Shown here: one piece after another, positions 8,068 to 17,100 of the stretch | Numbering within the stretch: position 1 is the stretch's first letter | Layout: every line of letters begins with the position of its first letter | Source: an uncultured Alphaproteobacteria bacterium | GTDB taxonomy: Bacteria > Pseudomonadota > Alphaproteobacteria > UBA6615 | Assembly: GCA_943787745.1 (NCBI GenBank) | Contig: CALSNJ010000005.1 | Location: forward strand, 108,455-172,454 | DNA: 64,000 nt | Direction: 5' to 3' | Position numbers and translations under genes: made by a program | Notes under the pieces: generated by a model | The model's input: only the letters and a program-made list of their open reading frames with translations | Told to the model about the DNA's origin: nothing | Database searches by the model: none

Positions 8068-9519
8068 ATGGAACTCTCAGACAGCTCACTCTTTCGCCAG
8101 CAGGCCTATATCAACGGCGCGTGGTGCGATGCGGACGGCGGCGCGACCCTTGAAGTGACCAATCCGGCCGACGGGTCGGTGATCGGCACGGTGCCGAATA
8201 TGGGTGCCAGCGAAACCCGGCGTGCCATCGAGGCCGCCGAGACCGCCCAGAAAGAATGGCGCAAATTTACCGGCAAGGAACGCGCGGCGATCCTGCGCCA
8301 GTGGCACGATCTGATGCTGGCCAATCAGGAAGACCTGGCGATCCTGATGACCACGGAGCAGGGCAAGCCTATCGCTGAATCCCGGGGGGAGGTCGCCTAT
8401 GGCGCCTCCTTCATCGAGTGGTTCGCCGAAGAGGGCAAGCGCATCTATGGGGACACCATTCCCGCCCATGCCCGCAACGCGCGGATCGTGGTGATAAAGG
8501 AACCGGTCGGCGTCACGGCGGCGATCACCCCATGGAATTTCCCCAATGCGATGATCACCCGCAAGGTCGGCCCGGCGCTGGCCGCGGGCTGCGCCATGGT
8601 GATCAAACCGGCGGAATCCACGCCTTATTCGGCGCTCGCCCTGTGTGAGCTGGCCGAACGGGCGGGCATTCCCGCCGGGCTGATCTCCATTGTGACGGGC
8701 GAACCCGAAGCCATCGGCGATGAGCTCACCGGCAACCCCATTGTGCGGAAGCTGTCCTTCACCGGCTCCACCCGAGTCGGCAAGATGCTGATGGCCAAAT
8801 GTGCGGGCACGGTCAAAAAAGTCTCCCTGGAACTGGGCGGTAACGCGCCCTTCCTCGTGTTTGACGATGCCGATCTGGATGCCGCTGTCGAAGGCGCCAT
8901 GGCGTCCAAATATCGCAACACCGGTCAGACCTGCGTCTGCGCCAATCGTATTCTGGTCCAGGATGGTGTCTATGACGCCTTCACCGAGAAGCTCGGTGCT
9001 GCGGTGAAGAAACTCGCCGTGGGCAACGGTATGGGCGACGTCCAGCAAGGCCCTCTGATCAATATGGCGGCGGTCGAAAAGGTCGAACGGCACATCGCGG
9101 ATGCTGTCGCCAAAGGTGCAAAAATCGTGGTCGGTGGCGAACGCCATGATCTCGGCGGCACCTTCTTCCAGCCCACGGTGCTGGTGGATGTCACGACCAG
9201 CATGGATGTCAGCCGGGAAGAAACCTTCGGCCCCGTCGCGCCGCTCTATCGCTTCGGCAGCGACGAAGAGGGCATCGCCATGGCCAACGACACCGAGTTC
9301 GGTCTGGCGGCGTATTTCTATGCGGGCGGTCTGAACCGGGTTTGGAAGGTGTCCGAGGGTCTGGAGTCCGGCATCGTTGGCGTGAACACCGGCCTCATCT
9401 CCACCGAGGTCGCACCCTTCGGCGGCTACAAGGAATCCGGGCTGGGCCGCGAAGGCTCCCATTTCGGCATGGATGAATATCTGGAGATCAAATATGTCTG
9501 CATGGGCGGGGTGGCTTAG
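8068..9519 (+). CDS. gabD: NAD(P)-dependent succinate-semialdehyde dehydrogenase
   Basis: 483 aa aldehyde dehydrogenase. N-terminal LFRQQAYINGAWCDADGGATLEVTNPADGSVIGTVPNMGASETRRAIEAA is near-canonical GabD. Catalytic Cys is in GQTCVCANR and Glu in ELGGNAP. Confidence 0.85.
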   Translation: MELSDSSLFRQQAYINGAWCDADGGATLEVTNPADGSVIGTVPNMGASETRRAIEAAETAQKEWRKFTGKERAAILRQWHDLMLANQEDLAILMTTEQGKPIAESRGEVAYGASFIEWFAEEGKRIYGDTIPAHARNARIVVIKEPVGVTAAITPWNFPNAMITRKVGPALAAGCAMVIKPAESTPYSALALCELAERAGIPAGLISIVTGEPEAIGDELTGNPIVRKLSFTGSTRVGKMLMAKCAGTVKKVSLELGGNAPFLVFDDADLDAAVEGAMASKYRNTGQTCVCANRILVQDGVYDAFTEKLGAAVKKLAVGNGMGDVQQGPLINMAAVEKVERHIADAVAKGAKIVVGGERHDLGGTFFQPTVLVDVTTSMDVSREETFGPVAPLYRFGSDEEGIAMANDTEFGLAAYFYAGGLNRVWKVSEGLESGIVGVNTGLISTEVAPFGGYKESGLGREGSHFGMDEYLEIKYVCMGGVA

Positions 9520-9579
9520 GGGCAGGTTTTTGCTGCGCCAAGCCCGCAGTAAGTGAGGCCATGCCGAATTTTGTAACTT

Positions 9580-9655
9580 CGTCATACGCGGACTTGATCC
9601 GCGTATCTCATCTCGGTCAGGGGTGAGATGCCCGGGTCAAGCCCGGGCATGACGG
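9580..9655. repeat. REP-like paired hairpin element (family R1)
   Basis: CGTCATACGCGGACTTGATCCGCGTATCTC ... GAGATGCCCGGGTCAAGCCCGGGCATGACGG, located between gabD and the convergent BKACE gene. Confidence 0.7.
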
Positions 9656-9671
9656 TTCGAGACCTAACGAG

Positions 9672-10547
9672 CTAAAGCCCCAGAATCTCCCGGGATTCTG
9701 CGGGTGACGCCGCCCAGGCGCCGGAGGCGTCGATGAGGCGGACGGCCTGTTCGACGAGTGCGGCATTGCCGGGGGCAAGCACGCCCTTGGAGATGTAGAG
9801 ATTGTCTTCCAGGCCCACGCGGACATGTCCACCGAGCACGGTGGCGCTGGCGACCATCGGGAATTCGAAGCGTGAAATGCCGAAGCTCGCCCAATTGGCG
9901 CCTGCGGGCAGCATGTCGCGCATCAGCATCATGGTTTCGGCATTGGCCGGTGCGCCCCACGGAATGCCAAGGCAAAGCTGATACAGGGGCTTGTCGCCCT
10001 TGATGATGCCGTTCTCGACCATGTGGTTGGCCAGCCGCACATGGCCGGTGTCGAAGACTTCCAGTTCGGGCTTCACGCCGGCGTCCTGAATCAGCACCGC
10101 CATTTCGTTGAGCATTTCCGGTGTGTTGACCATCGGGCGCTCGCCGAAATTCATGGTCGCCACATCGAGCGAGCAAATGTCGGGCTTGTTCTCGACCACA
10201 TGTGCCACGCGCTCTTCGGCGGTTTTCATGACGCTCCCGGCGGCCACCTTCATGGGATCATCCCGGTCGGGCACGAAGCGTGCGCCGGGGCCGGTGGTCA
10301 GGTTGATGATGACGTCCGTGCCCGCGTCCCGGATGCGGTCGACGACCTCTTTGTAAAGCACCGTGTCCATGCTCGCCTTGCGGGTTTCCGGGTTGCGGAC
10401 ATGGATATGGACGATGGCTGCGCCGGCTGCGTGTGCGGCAAGCGCTTCATTGGCAATTTCCTCTGGCGTGACGGGAACGGCCGGGTTGAGATCTGCGGTG
10501 TCGGCGGCGCCGGTGAGTGCGCAACTTACGATGACGGGACGCGTCAT
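9672..10547 (-). CDS. 3-keto-5-aminohexanoate cleavage enzyme family protein (BKACE/DUF849)
   Basis: MTRPVIVSCALTGAADTADLNPAVPVTPEEIANEALAAHAAGAAIVHIHVRNPE matches the Kce N-terminal TIM-barrel signature. Confidence 0.8.
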   Translation of the reverse strand: MTRPVIVSCALTGAADTADLNPAVPVTPEEIANEALAAHAAGAAIVHIHVRNPETRKASMDTVLYKEVVDRIRDAGTDVIINLTTGPGARFVPDRDDPMKVAAGSVMKTAEERVAHVVENKPDICSLDVATMNFGERPMVNTPEMLNEMAVLIQDAGVKPELEVFDTGHVRLANHMVENGIIKGDKPLYQLCLGIPWGAPANAETMMLMRDMLPAGANWASFGISRFEFPMVASATVLGGHVRVGLEDNLYISKGVLAPGNAALVEQAVRLIDASGAWAASPAESREILGL

Positions 10548-10662
10548 GATGGAATTCCCCCTGATTGATCGAATGCCTTATGCGGCACGTTGGGTGAAAA
10601 TCTAGACAGATGGGTTGCCCCCGACAAGGGCGTGCGCTGCATCGGTGCCATGTTTGTAGGGG

Positions 10663-10733
10663 CGGGTTTCAAACCCGCCCGAGTCCGGTGCGGTGAACAG
10701 CTGAAACGGGCAGGTTTGAAACCTGCCCCTACA
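10663..10733. repeat. Double-hairpin element (family R3): GTAGGGGCGGGTTTCAAACCCGCCC ... GGGCAGGTTTGAAACCTGCCCCTAC
   Basis: Two hairpins bracketed by the outer inverted repeat GTAGGGG/CCCCTAC. A paralogous copy with a longer spacer lies at 39845..39952. Confidence 0.65.
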
Positions 10734-10855
10734 TGTACCCATTGAAATTCTTGCCGCCGGTTGATTTCCTTCCGGGAATGAAGGACTAGATCAGATTGCA
10801 GCGCCCGTTCGGGTCTATGGAAATTCAACTTATTTACAGCGTAAGAGGACACCAC

Positions 10856-11836
10856 ATGGTCAAGGCAATCCGCATCCACGAGTTCGGCGAGGCCGACGTT
10901 CTGAAATGGGAAGACATCGAGGTGGGTGAGCCCGGCCCGGGCGAACTGCGCCTGCGCCACACAGCGATCGGCTTTAACTTCCTCGACATCATGGTCCGCA
11001 AGGGCCTGTATCCGGTGCTGCCGGAACTGCCGTCGGTTCTGGGCACGGAAGCTGCGGGTGTTGTTGAAGCGGTGGGCGCGGATGTTGAAGGCTTTTCGGT
11101 CGGCCAGCGGGTCGCCTATGCCTCGACCTTCCCGGGCTCATATGCCGAAGGGCGCCTGATCGACGCTGCACAGGTCGTGGCGCTGCCCGATGGTGTGTCT
11201 GACGAAGCCGCTGCGGCCAGCATGCTCAAGGGCATGACCGCGGAATACCTGATCCACCGCACCTTCGCGGCGCAGGCCGGTCAGACGGCGCTGGTCCATG
11301 CGGCCGCTGGCGGTGTTGGCCTGTTCCTGTGCCAGTGGCTGGCCAGCAAGGGTGTGAATGTCATCGGAACAGTCGGGTCCGATGCCAAGAAGGACACGAT
11401 CCTGCAGCATGGCGCGAAACACGCCGTGAATTACAAGACCGAGAACTTCACCGAAGTGGCGCGTGAGGTGACCGGCGGCGCCGGTGTTGATGTGGTTTAT
11501 GATTCCGTCGGCAAGGATCACTGGCAGGGCTCGATCGATGCGATCCGCCCGCGGGGTTACATGGTCAACTTCGGCAATGCATCAGGTCCGCTCCCACCAA
11601 TTGATTCGGTCGAGCTGAACGTGAAGGGCTCACTGTTCTTCACCAAGGCTTCCATGCGTTTCTATCAGCTAACCCGTCAGGAGCTCGATGATAGTGCGGC
11701 GACCCTGTTTGCGGCCATCGCGGCGGGCGACATCAAGCCGATCATCGGCCAAACCTACAAACTGGAAGACGCCGCCCAGGCCCAGATCGATGTCTGGGAG
11801 GGCAAGACCACTGGCTCGACCGTTCTGTCGGTTTAA
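10856..11836 (+). CDS. NADPH:quinone oxidoreductase (MDR superfamily, Zn-independent)
   Basis: MVKAIRIHEFGEADVLKWEDIEVGEPGPGELRLRHTAIGFNFLD...AAAGGVGLFLCQWL. AAGAGGA RBS upstream of ATG 10856. Confidence 0.8.
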   Translation: MVKAIRIHEFGEADVLKWEDIEVGEPGPGELRLRHTAIGFNFLDIMVRKGLYPVLPELPSVLGTEAAGVVEAVGADVEGFSVGQRVAYASTFPGSYAEGRLIDAAQVVALPDGVSDEAAAASMLKGMTAEYLIHRTFAAQAGQTALVHAAAGGVGLFLCQWLASKGVNVIGTVGSDAKKDTILQHGAKHAVNYKTENFTEVAREVTGGAGVDVVYDSVGKDHWQGSIDAIRPRGYMVNFGNASGPLPPIDSVELNVKGSLFFTKASMRFYQLTRQELDDSAATLFAAIAAGDIKPIIGQTYKLEDAAQAQIDVWEGKTTGSTVLSV

Positions 11837-11843
11837 AGGCATT

Positions 11844-11953
11844 CCCTCTCTGCCCCATGGGGGCGGAGAGGGTTCGGGTGAGGTGGGTTCGCAATCATGT
11901 CGCGGGACACACCCACCTCACCCCGGCCCTCTCCTCCCGGGAGGAGAGGGGGG
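11844..11953. repeat. Three consecutive hairpins including the R4 motif CCCTCTCCTCCCGGGAGGAGAGGGGG
   Basis: H1 CCCTCTCTGCCCC/GGGGCGGAGAGGG (11844..11872). H2 GGGTGAGGTGGGT...ACCCACCTCACCC (11876..11923). H3 CCCTCTCCTCCCGGGAGGAGAGGGGG (11927..11953). They fill the whole gap between two plus-strand genes. Confidence 0.6.
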
Positions 11954-11972
11954 TAAAGCGGAGGACGCAAAG

Positions 11973-12959
11973 ATGGATTTCGAATACCGGCCTGTCAGTG
12001 ACGCCGCCCTCGCACTGATGCGTGAGGGGCATAACCATCCCGAAATGTGCGCGATCCTTGACGAGGTTATTGCCGAAGGGGTGCCGCCCGCACCCGAAAA
12101 CAATGACGGCGAGGTCGAGGATATCGGCGGACTGTCCGTGACCCACCGTTTCGTGGATGCGCCGGGCGAAAGTGAGACCGTGCGCTGGCATTACGTCGAG
12201 GCGGGCGCGGGGCCGACGCTCGTGCTCATGCACGGTATCCCGCAGTCCTGGCATATGTGGGCGCCGATCCTGCCGGAACTGGCCAAGCACTTTCGCTGCA
12301 TTGCCATCGACCTGAAGGGTTACGGTCAGTCGGACAAGCGTCGTGGTGATTATCGCCACGAAGGCGCGGCGGGGCAGGTGGTCTCCCTGCTCGACGCGAT
12401 TGGTGTCGGTGACTTCCATCTGTTCAGCCATGACCGGGGAACTGTCCAGGCGGACTTCATGGCCGCCAGTCAGGGCACGCGTGTGAAACGCTGGGTGCGT
12501 GGCTCCCAGCATCTGATTCACTTCCATCCCGATCTGGCGCCCCAGGAAATTCTGTTCACCGATCTCGAAACCCGCGGCATTCTGCAGGACCCGATGAAGA
12601 TGTTTCAGTGGGGGTTCGGTCGGTTGTGCAAGCACCCCATCCCGCGCGAACAGGTCATCCGCGCGGTGCAGGAATTCTCAAGGCCGGGCACCGGGCTGGC
12701 GGTGGAGCGCTATTTCCAGTCCTCGACATTTCGGAAGGACTGGATTGATCGCCGCACGCGACTTATTCCCGCGTGGCGCGCCGATATTCTGGTGCTGCAG
12801 GGCTCCGACGAACCCCCGATGCCGGTCGAGAACTATCAGGGGCTGGAGGAATACCTGCCTGACGTGACAGTCGAACTGGTCGATGGCGGGCACTTTTATG
12901 TCGAAGAAAACCCGCAAGGCACGCTGGAAAAAGCGCTGCCGTTTTTGCTGGCCGACTGA
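11973..12959 (+). CDS. Alpha/beta hydrolase fold protein (epoxide-hydrolase/haloalkane-dehalogenase-like fold)
   Basis: Internal start MDFEYRPV with GGAGGA RBS. HGIPQSWHMW and DLKGYGQSDK motifs. The listed ORF's first 95 codons overlap the upstream gene and hairpins, so the 5' extension is rejected. Confidence 0.7.
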   Translation: MDFEYRPVSDAALALMREGHNHPEMCAILDEVIAEGVPPAPENNDGEVEDIGGLSVTHRFVDAPGESETVRWHYVEAGAGPTLVLMHGIPQSWHMWAPILPELAKHFRCIAIDLKGYGQSDKRRGDYRHEGAAGQVVSLLDAIGVGDFHLFSHDRGTVQADFMAASQGTRVKRWVRGSQHLIHFHPDLAPQEILFTDLETRGILQDPMKMFQWGFGRLCKHPIPREQVIRAVQEFSRPGTGLAVERYFQSSTFRKDWIDRRTRLIPAWRADILVLQGSDEPPMPVENYQGLEEYLPDVTVELVDGGHFYVEENPQGTLEKALPFLLAD

Positions 12960-12975
12960 TCGATTTCCAGAATGC

Positions 12976-13050
12976 CGTCATACGCGGACTTGATCCGCGT
13001 ATCTCGTCTCGGTCCGAATTGAGATGCCCCGGTCAAGCCCGGGCATGACG
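12976..13050. repeat. REP-like paired hairpin element (family R1)
   Basis: CGTCATACGCGGACTTGATCCGCGTATCTC ... GAGATGCCCCGGTCAAGCCCGGGCATGACG, between convergent genes. Confidence 0.7.
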
Positions 13051-13061
13051 TGGGGGCGTAC

Positions 13062-14054
13062 CTAGACCGCCGTCGGCAATCCACTTTCGGCAGACTTGGC
13101 GATCGCCTCGTGGATGGCCGCTGTGTGCGCCATCTCTTCTGGCGTGAACAAATAGGGCTCCTGTCCCAGACAGGCGGCTGCAAAGTTCTCGTCATTGGCC
13201 CGGATCTGGGAATAGATATCCCGGATCGGTAATTCCAGCTCTTCGGTCACGCCACCGGATTCTTCGACCTTGCCGGCACCGAAGCAGGTGACGACCTTGT
13301 TGGTGTCCAACCAGCCATTGGCGCGCGCCCAGCCTTCTGATCCCATCACCTGAAGGTGGAAGGACGCCGGTGTGGTCATCAGATTTGCCAGATAGCCCGT
13401 CGTCCCGTTTTCAAAACGGGTGAGCACCGAGCCGACATCAGCGGGCAGGATATGGGATTCCAGCTGGGCGTAGACTTCGCGCATCGGCCCGCCGAACCAG
13501 CACATGATGTCGATGATATGGGCCCCGAAATGCACGATGCCGCCGGTGGGCGCTTCGTCATGGGCGCGTCGCCAACCTTCAATGCCGATCTGACCCTGAT
13601 GGCTCAGATTGCCTTCGATGTGGTGGATATCGCCGAGCTTGCCGGATTCGATGATCTGCTTCATCTCCCAGACCGCCGCGCCATAGCGGTAGTTGTGCCC
13701 AATGCCGAGAGTGAGGCCCGCATCTGTCATGGCTTTGGCAGCGCGCAAACCGTCGGCTTTTTTCAGGGCGAAGGGCTTCTCGGTCAGGATGTGTTTTCCC
13801 GCAGCCGCGCCCGCGACCACCTGATCGGCGTGCTGGGTGTGGGGGGTGACGAGGACGACCGCATCGATGTCCGGGTCGTTGTAAGCGTCATCCAGACTGG
13901 CGGTCAGGGTGAGTTCGTGTTCGTCACAGAAGCCCTGAACCTTCTCCGGCGCCAGGTCGACAGCACGGGTGAATTTGATCTTGTCCGAGCCTTTGGTGGC
14001 GGTGACGTGGTTCTGGCCCCACCAGCCCAGTCCGACGATGGCTGCATTGATCAT
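13062..14054 (-). CDS. Gfo/Idh/MocA family oxidoreductase
   Basis: MINAAIVGLGWWGQNHV Rossmann N-terminus plus C-terminal GFO_IDH_MocA_C-like region. 330 aa. Confidence 0.85.
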   Translation of the reverse strand: MINAAIVGLGWWGQNHVTATKGSDKIKFTRAVDLAPEKVQGFCDEHELTLTASLDDAYNDPDIDAVVLVTPHTQHADQVVAGAAAGKHILTEKPFALKKADGLRAAKAMTDAGLTLGIGHNYRYGAAVWEMKQIIESGKLGDIHHIEGNLSHQGQIGIEGWRRAHDEAPTGGIVHFGAHIIDIMCWFGGPMREVYAQLESHILPADVGSVLTRFENGTTGYLANLMTTPASFHLQVMGSEGWARANGWLDTNKVVTCFGAGKVEESGGVTEELELPIRDIYSQIRANDENFAAACLGQEPYLFTPEEMAHTAAIHEAIAKSAESGLPTAV

Positions 14055-14075
14055 GTTTTTGTCCTTTTTGGAACG

Positions 14076-15038
14076 TCAGCGTGCGACAGCTTCGCGCTTG
14101 CCGGATTTCAGAGAGAGCTTGATCGCGTCGAGCGCAGCGACATCGTGGATCATCTGGGCGTTGGTGAAGCGATAGGGTTCGGTGCCCGCGATGGCGGCGG
14201 CAAACCCTTCGACATTGGCGCGCACCGGATCGACCGGGTCGACCTCCATGTTCTTCGGGTCGCCGCCACGCATGGCGACTTGCACCGTGGTCGGGCTGAT
14301 CATTTTGGCCCAGCCCTTGGAACCGAAGACATTGCCCATGCGGTTGTCACGCGTGACCATGACATTGCCGATATAAGCGGTCGCCCCGCATTCGAAGGTC
14401 AGCAGGGCTGAAGCGGTGTCGCGTGGAATGATGACGTCGACTGCCTGCGCGTAGACCTCCGTGATCGGCCCGATATAGTGCTGGAACAGATCGAGATGGT
14501 GGCTGCCCATATGCCAAAGCCCGCCGCCTGGCGCTTCCTCGATATCCATACGCCAGCTTTGTACGTTGGAGAGCGTGTCGTGGCTGGTGTTGCCTTCCAG
14601 ATGCATGATCTCACCAAGCTCGCCCGCATCGATCATTGCCTTGATGACCGTCTGCGGCGCGCCATAGCGCTGATTGTGCCCCAGTCCGATCATGATCCCG
14701 GCGGCTTCGGCGGCGACCACCGCGCGCTCTGCGTCGGCCTTGTTCAGAGCGAAGGGTTTCTCTGTGAAGATGTGTTTGCCCGCAGAAGCGCAAGCCACGA
14801 TCTGATCTGTGTGGAGCGAATGCGGTGTCACGAGAATCACCGCATCGATGTCCGGATCGGCGAGCACAGCTTCATAGGACGGGGCTGTCTTCAGCCCGAA
14901 TTCATCCGCCGTTTTGTTCGCCAGATCTGAATCAAGATCGACGACAGTCGTGATTCTGACCGTCTCGCTTTTCTCATGCGTGGCGCGAATATGTGTTTGT
15001 CCCCACCAGCCAAGGCCGATCACAGCAGTTTTGAGCAT
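14076..15038 (-). CDS. Gfo/Idh/MocA family oxidoreductase (tandem paralog)
   Basis: MLKTAVIGLGWWGQTHI. 320 aa. Paralog of the gene 22 nt downstream. Confidence 0.85.
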   Translation of the reverse strand: MLKTAVIGLGWWGQTHIRATHEKSETVRITTVVDLDSDLANKTADEFGLKTAPSYEAVLADPDIDAVILVTPHSLHTDQIVACASAGKHIFTEKPFALNKADAERAVVAAEAAGIMIGLGHNQRYGAPQTVIKAMIDAGELGEIMHLEGNTSHDTLSNVQSWRMDIEEAPGGGLWHMGSHHLDLFQHYIGPITEVYAQAVDVIIPRDTASALLTFECGATAYIGNVMVTRDNRMGNVFGSKGWAKMISPTTVQVAMRGGDPKNMEVDPVDPVRANVEGFAAAIAGTEPYRFTNAQMIHDVAALDAIKLSLKSGKREAVAR

Positions 15039-15081
15039 GTTGTTTCCCCCGGTATGCGCGGGTTCCGGACCAGTAACACCG

Positions 15082-15095
15082 CCGGAATATTCCGG
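15082..15095. promoter_or_regulatory. Perfect 14-bp palindrome CCGGAATATTCCGG in the divergent intergenic region (candidate operator)
   Basis: Lies in the 151-bp gap between divergently oriented Gfo/Idh/MocA and LLM genes. Confidence 0.25.
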
Positions 15096-15189
15096 TCGGA
15101 GTGCTCATATTGTGAGACTAAAAAAACTGACTGATCTGTCCGCGCCTTTTCTGCGTGTAAATTAGCATGACATCTTACGGAGAAAGACC

Positions 15190-16230
15190 ATGAAATTCGG
15201 ATTGTTCGGCAGTGCTCAGGCAAAGCGCGGTGGACCTGATGTGGACAGCGCCAAAGGTTATCGTGACTGGCTGGAGTACAACACCGAAGCCGAAGCGCTT
15301 GGATTCCACAGCACCTTTGCCGTTGAGCATCATTTCACGGGCTTCGGTCAGGTCTCGGCGACGGTCAACCTGCTGACATATCTCGCAGCGCAAACCTCCA
15401 CGATCCGTCTGGGGACCGCCGTCATGGTCCTGCCATGGCACAACCCCGTGCTTCTTGCCGAGCAGGTCGCAACGCTCGATTTGCTTTCTGGCGGACGCTT
15501 CGATTTCGGTGTCGGCAAGGGCTACCGTTTCAACGAGTTCCAGGGGTTCCGGATTCCCATGGAGGAAGCTCAGGCCCGGTTCGAAGAATCTCTCAAGATC
15601 ATGACCAAGTCCTGGACCGAGGACGAGCCCTGGACCTACGAAGGCGAGTTCTGGTCCTTCGAGGATGTGGTGGTGGAGCCCCCGACGGCCCAGCAGCCGC
15701 ACCCGCCGTTCTGGATGGGCGCGGGCAGTCCCGCTTCCATCGAAACGGTGGCCGAGCGCGGGTACAATCTTCTGGTCGATCAGTTTGCGCCCGTCGACAC
15801 GACCATCGGACGTGTGGACACCTTCCGCGACAGTGTCGAAGCCCGCGGCCGGACGTTCAATCCCTATGACGTCGGTGTCGCGCGTGGCCTCTATGTGGCC
15901 AAGGATGCGGCCGATCGTGATGCTGCCATCGAACGCCGGATCGCAGCACGATCCCGGGTCGACAATCTTGCTCAACGCCCCGATGGCGGCAACAAAGCCT
16001 CGATCATGTCCTATGACGATTCCGTTGAGGCCACGGCGGCAGCCGCGATGTTCGGCACGGTCGATGAGATCGTCGAGAAGATCCAGACCTTCCACGACGC
16101 CGGCGTGCGTTACATGCTGTTCTCGGATGGCGGCACCGGGATCGAGGGATTGCGCACCTTTTCGAAAGAGATCATGCCGCATTTCGCTGATGACGAAGAC
16201 GATACGGTGGTGGCGCGCGCCGCCGAATAG
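15190..16230 (+). CDS. LLM class flavin-dependent oxidoreductase (luciferase-like monooxygenase)
   Basis: MKFGLFGS...FHSTFAVEHHF...AVMVLPWHNPVLLAEQVATLDLLSGGRFDFGVGKGY. GGAGAAAG RBS. Confidence 0.8.
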   Translation: MKFGLFGSAQAKRGGPDVDSAKGYRDWLEYNTEAEALGFHSTFAVEHHFTGFGQVSATVNLLTYLAAQTSTIRLGTAVMVLPWHNPVLLAEQVATLDLLSGGRFDFGVGKGYRFNEFQGFRIPMEEAQARFEESLKIMTKSWTEDEPWTYEGEFWSFEDVVVEPPTAQQPHPPFWMGAGSPASIETVAERGYNLLVDQFAPVDTTIGRVDTFRDSVEARGRTFNPYDVGVARGLYVAKDAADRDAAIERRIAARSRVDNLAQRPDGGNKASIMSYDDSVEATAAAAMFGTVDEIVEKIQTFHDAGVRYMLFSDGGTGIEGLRTFSKEIMPHFADDEDDTVVARAAE

Positions 16231-16255
16231 CGCGCCACCCCGTCACGCTTGCAAG

Positions 16256-16292
16256 CCGGGCACACGCGGGATATGCGTGTGTCCGGTTTTTT
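16256..16292 (+). terminator. Rho-independent terminator-like hairpin + T6
   Basis: CCGGGCACACGCGGGATATGCGTGTGTCCGG followed by TTTTTT. It ends 15 nt before the next ATG. Confidence 0.55.
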
Positions 16293-16307
16293 ATGGGGAG
16301 ATGGTCC

Positions 16308-17069
16308 ATGGCGCTTGAGCTTTTTCACAACGATGCTTCCACCTGCAGTCAGAAAGTACGCATCTGTCTGGCTGAAAAGGACGTGGAATGGGTCAACCGG
16401 CATGTTGATCTCGGGAGCGGTGAAAACCTGACGCCGGAATTTCTCGCGATCAATCCCAACGGCGTGGTCCCGGCTTTTGTGCATGACGGCACGCCGATCA
16501 TTGAGTCGACGGTGATGTGTGAATATGTCGACGAGGTCTGGCCCGATGGGACGAGCCTGACGCCCAAGGACGCGAAGAAGCGCGCCGAGATGCGCGCTTG
16601 GCTGCGCTATATCGACGAAGTCCCTTCGATGGCCGTGCGCGTGCCCACCTTCCAGAACCTGTTGATCGACCGGTTCAAGGCGATGAGCGAAGAGGAGTAT
16701 GAGACCTTCCGCGACAGCAACACGTTGCGCCGGGATTTCTTTATGCGGCTCAACCGTACCGGCTTCAGTGACGAGGAGTATGAAAACTCTCTGATGCAGC
16801 TTCGTGCGACGGTCGAGCGGATGGAAACCGCGCTTGTGAAGGAAGGGCCGTGGATCGTGGGTGAACAGTTCACGATCGCGGACATCTGTATGGCGCCGCT
16901 TTTCCAGCGCATGGAAGATCTCGGCATGAGTGAGATGTGGGAGAACGCCCCTCATGTGGCGAACTGGTTCGCCGCGATCAGGGCGCGTCCGTCTTATGAC
17001 ATCGCTTACTATCCAGGTACGAAGATGATCGACCTGTTCCCCAAGCTCCGGGAGAAGGCCCAGAGCTAA
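16308..17069 (+). CDS. Glutathione S-transferase family protein
   Basis: MALELFHNDASTCSQKVRICLAEKDVEWV...VVPAFVHDGTPIIESTVMCEYVDE (thioredoxin-like N-domain with the ES motif). Confidence 0.8.
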   Translation: MALELFHNDASTCSQKVRICLAEKDVEWVNRHVDLGSGENLTPEFLAINPNGVVPAFVHDGTPIIESTVMCEYVDEVWPDGTSLTPKDAKKRAEMRAWLRYIDEVPSMAVRVPTFQNLLIDRFKAMSEEEYETFRDSNTLRRDFFMRLNRTGFSDEEYENSLMQLRATVERMETALVKEGPWIVGEQFTIADICMAPLFQRMEDLGMSEMWENAPHVANWFAAIRARPSYDIAYYPGTKMIDLFPKLREKAQS

Positions 17070-17100
17070 GCGCGTCGATATCTCTGGTGCTGTATTCCCG

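Noticed and set aside
11688-11972. 5' extensions of listed ORFs (11688 for the hydrolase, 25733 for the VOC, 33730 for the cupin, 34337 for the quinone oxidoreductase, 55380 for nrdA, 39466 for speE, 44548 for sua5, 43470 for the FAD oxidase)
   Set aside because: The extensions overlap upstream genes or repeat hairpins and have biased composition. Internal starts give canonical N-termini, usually with an RBS at the right spacing.
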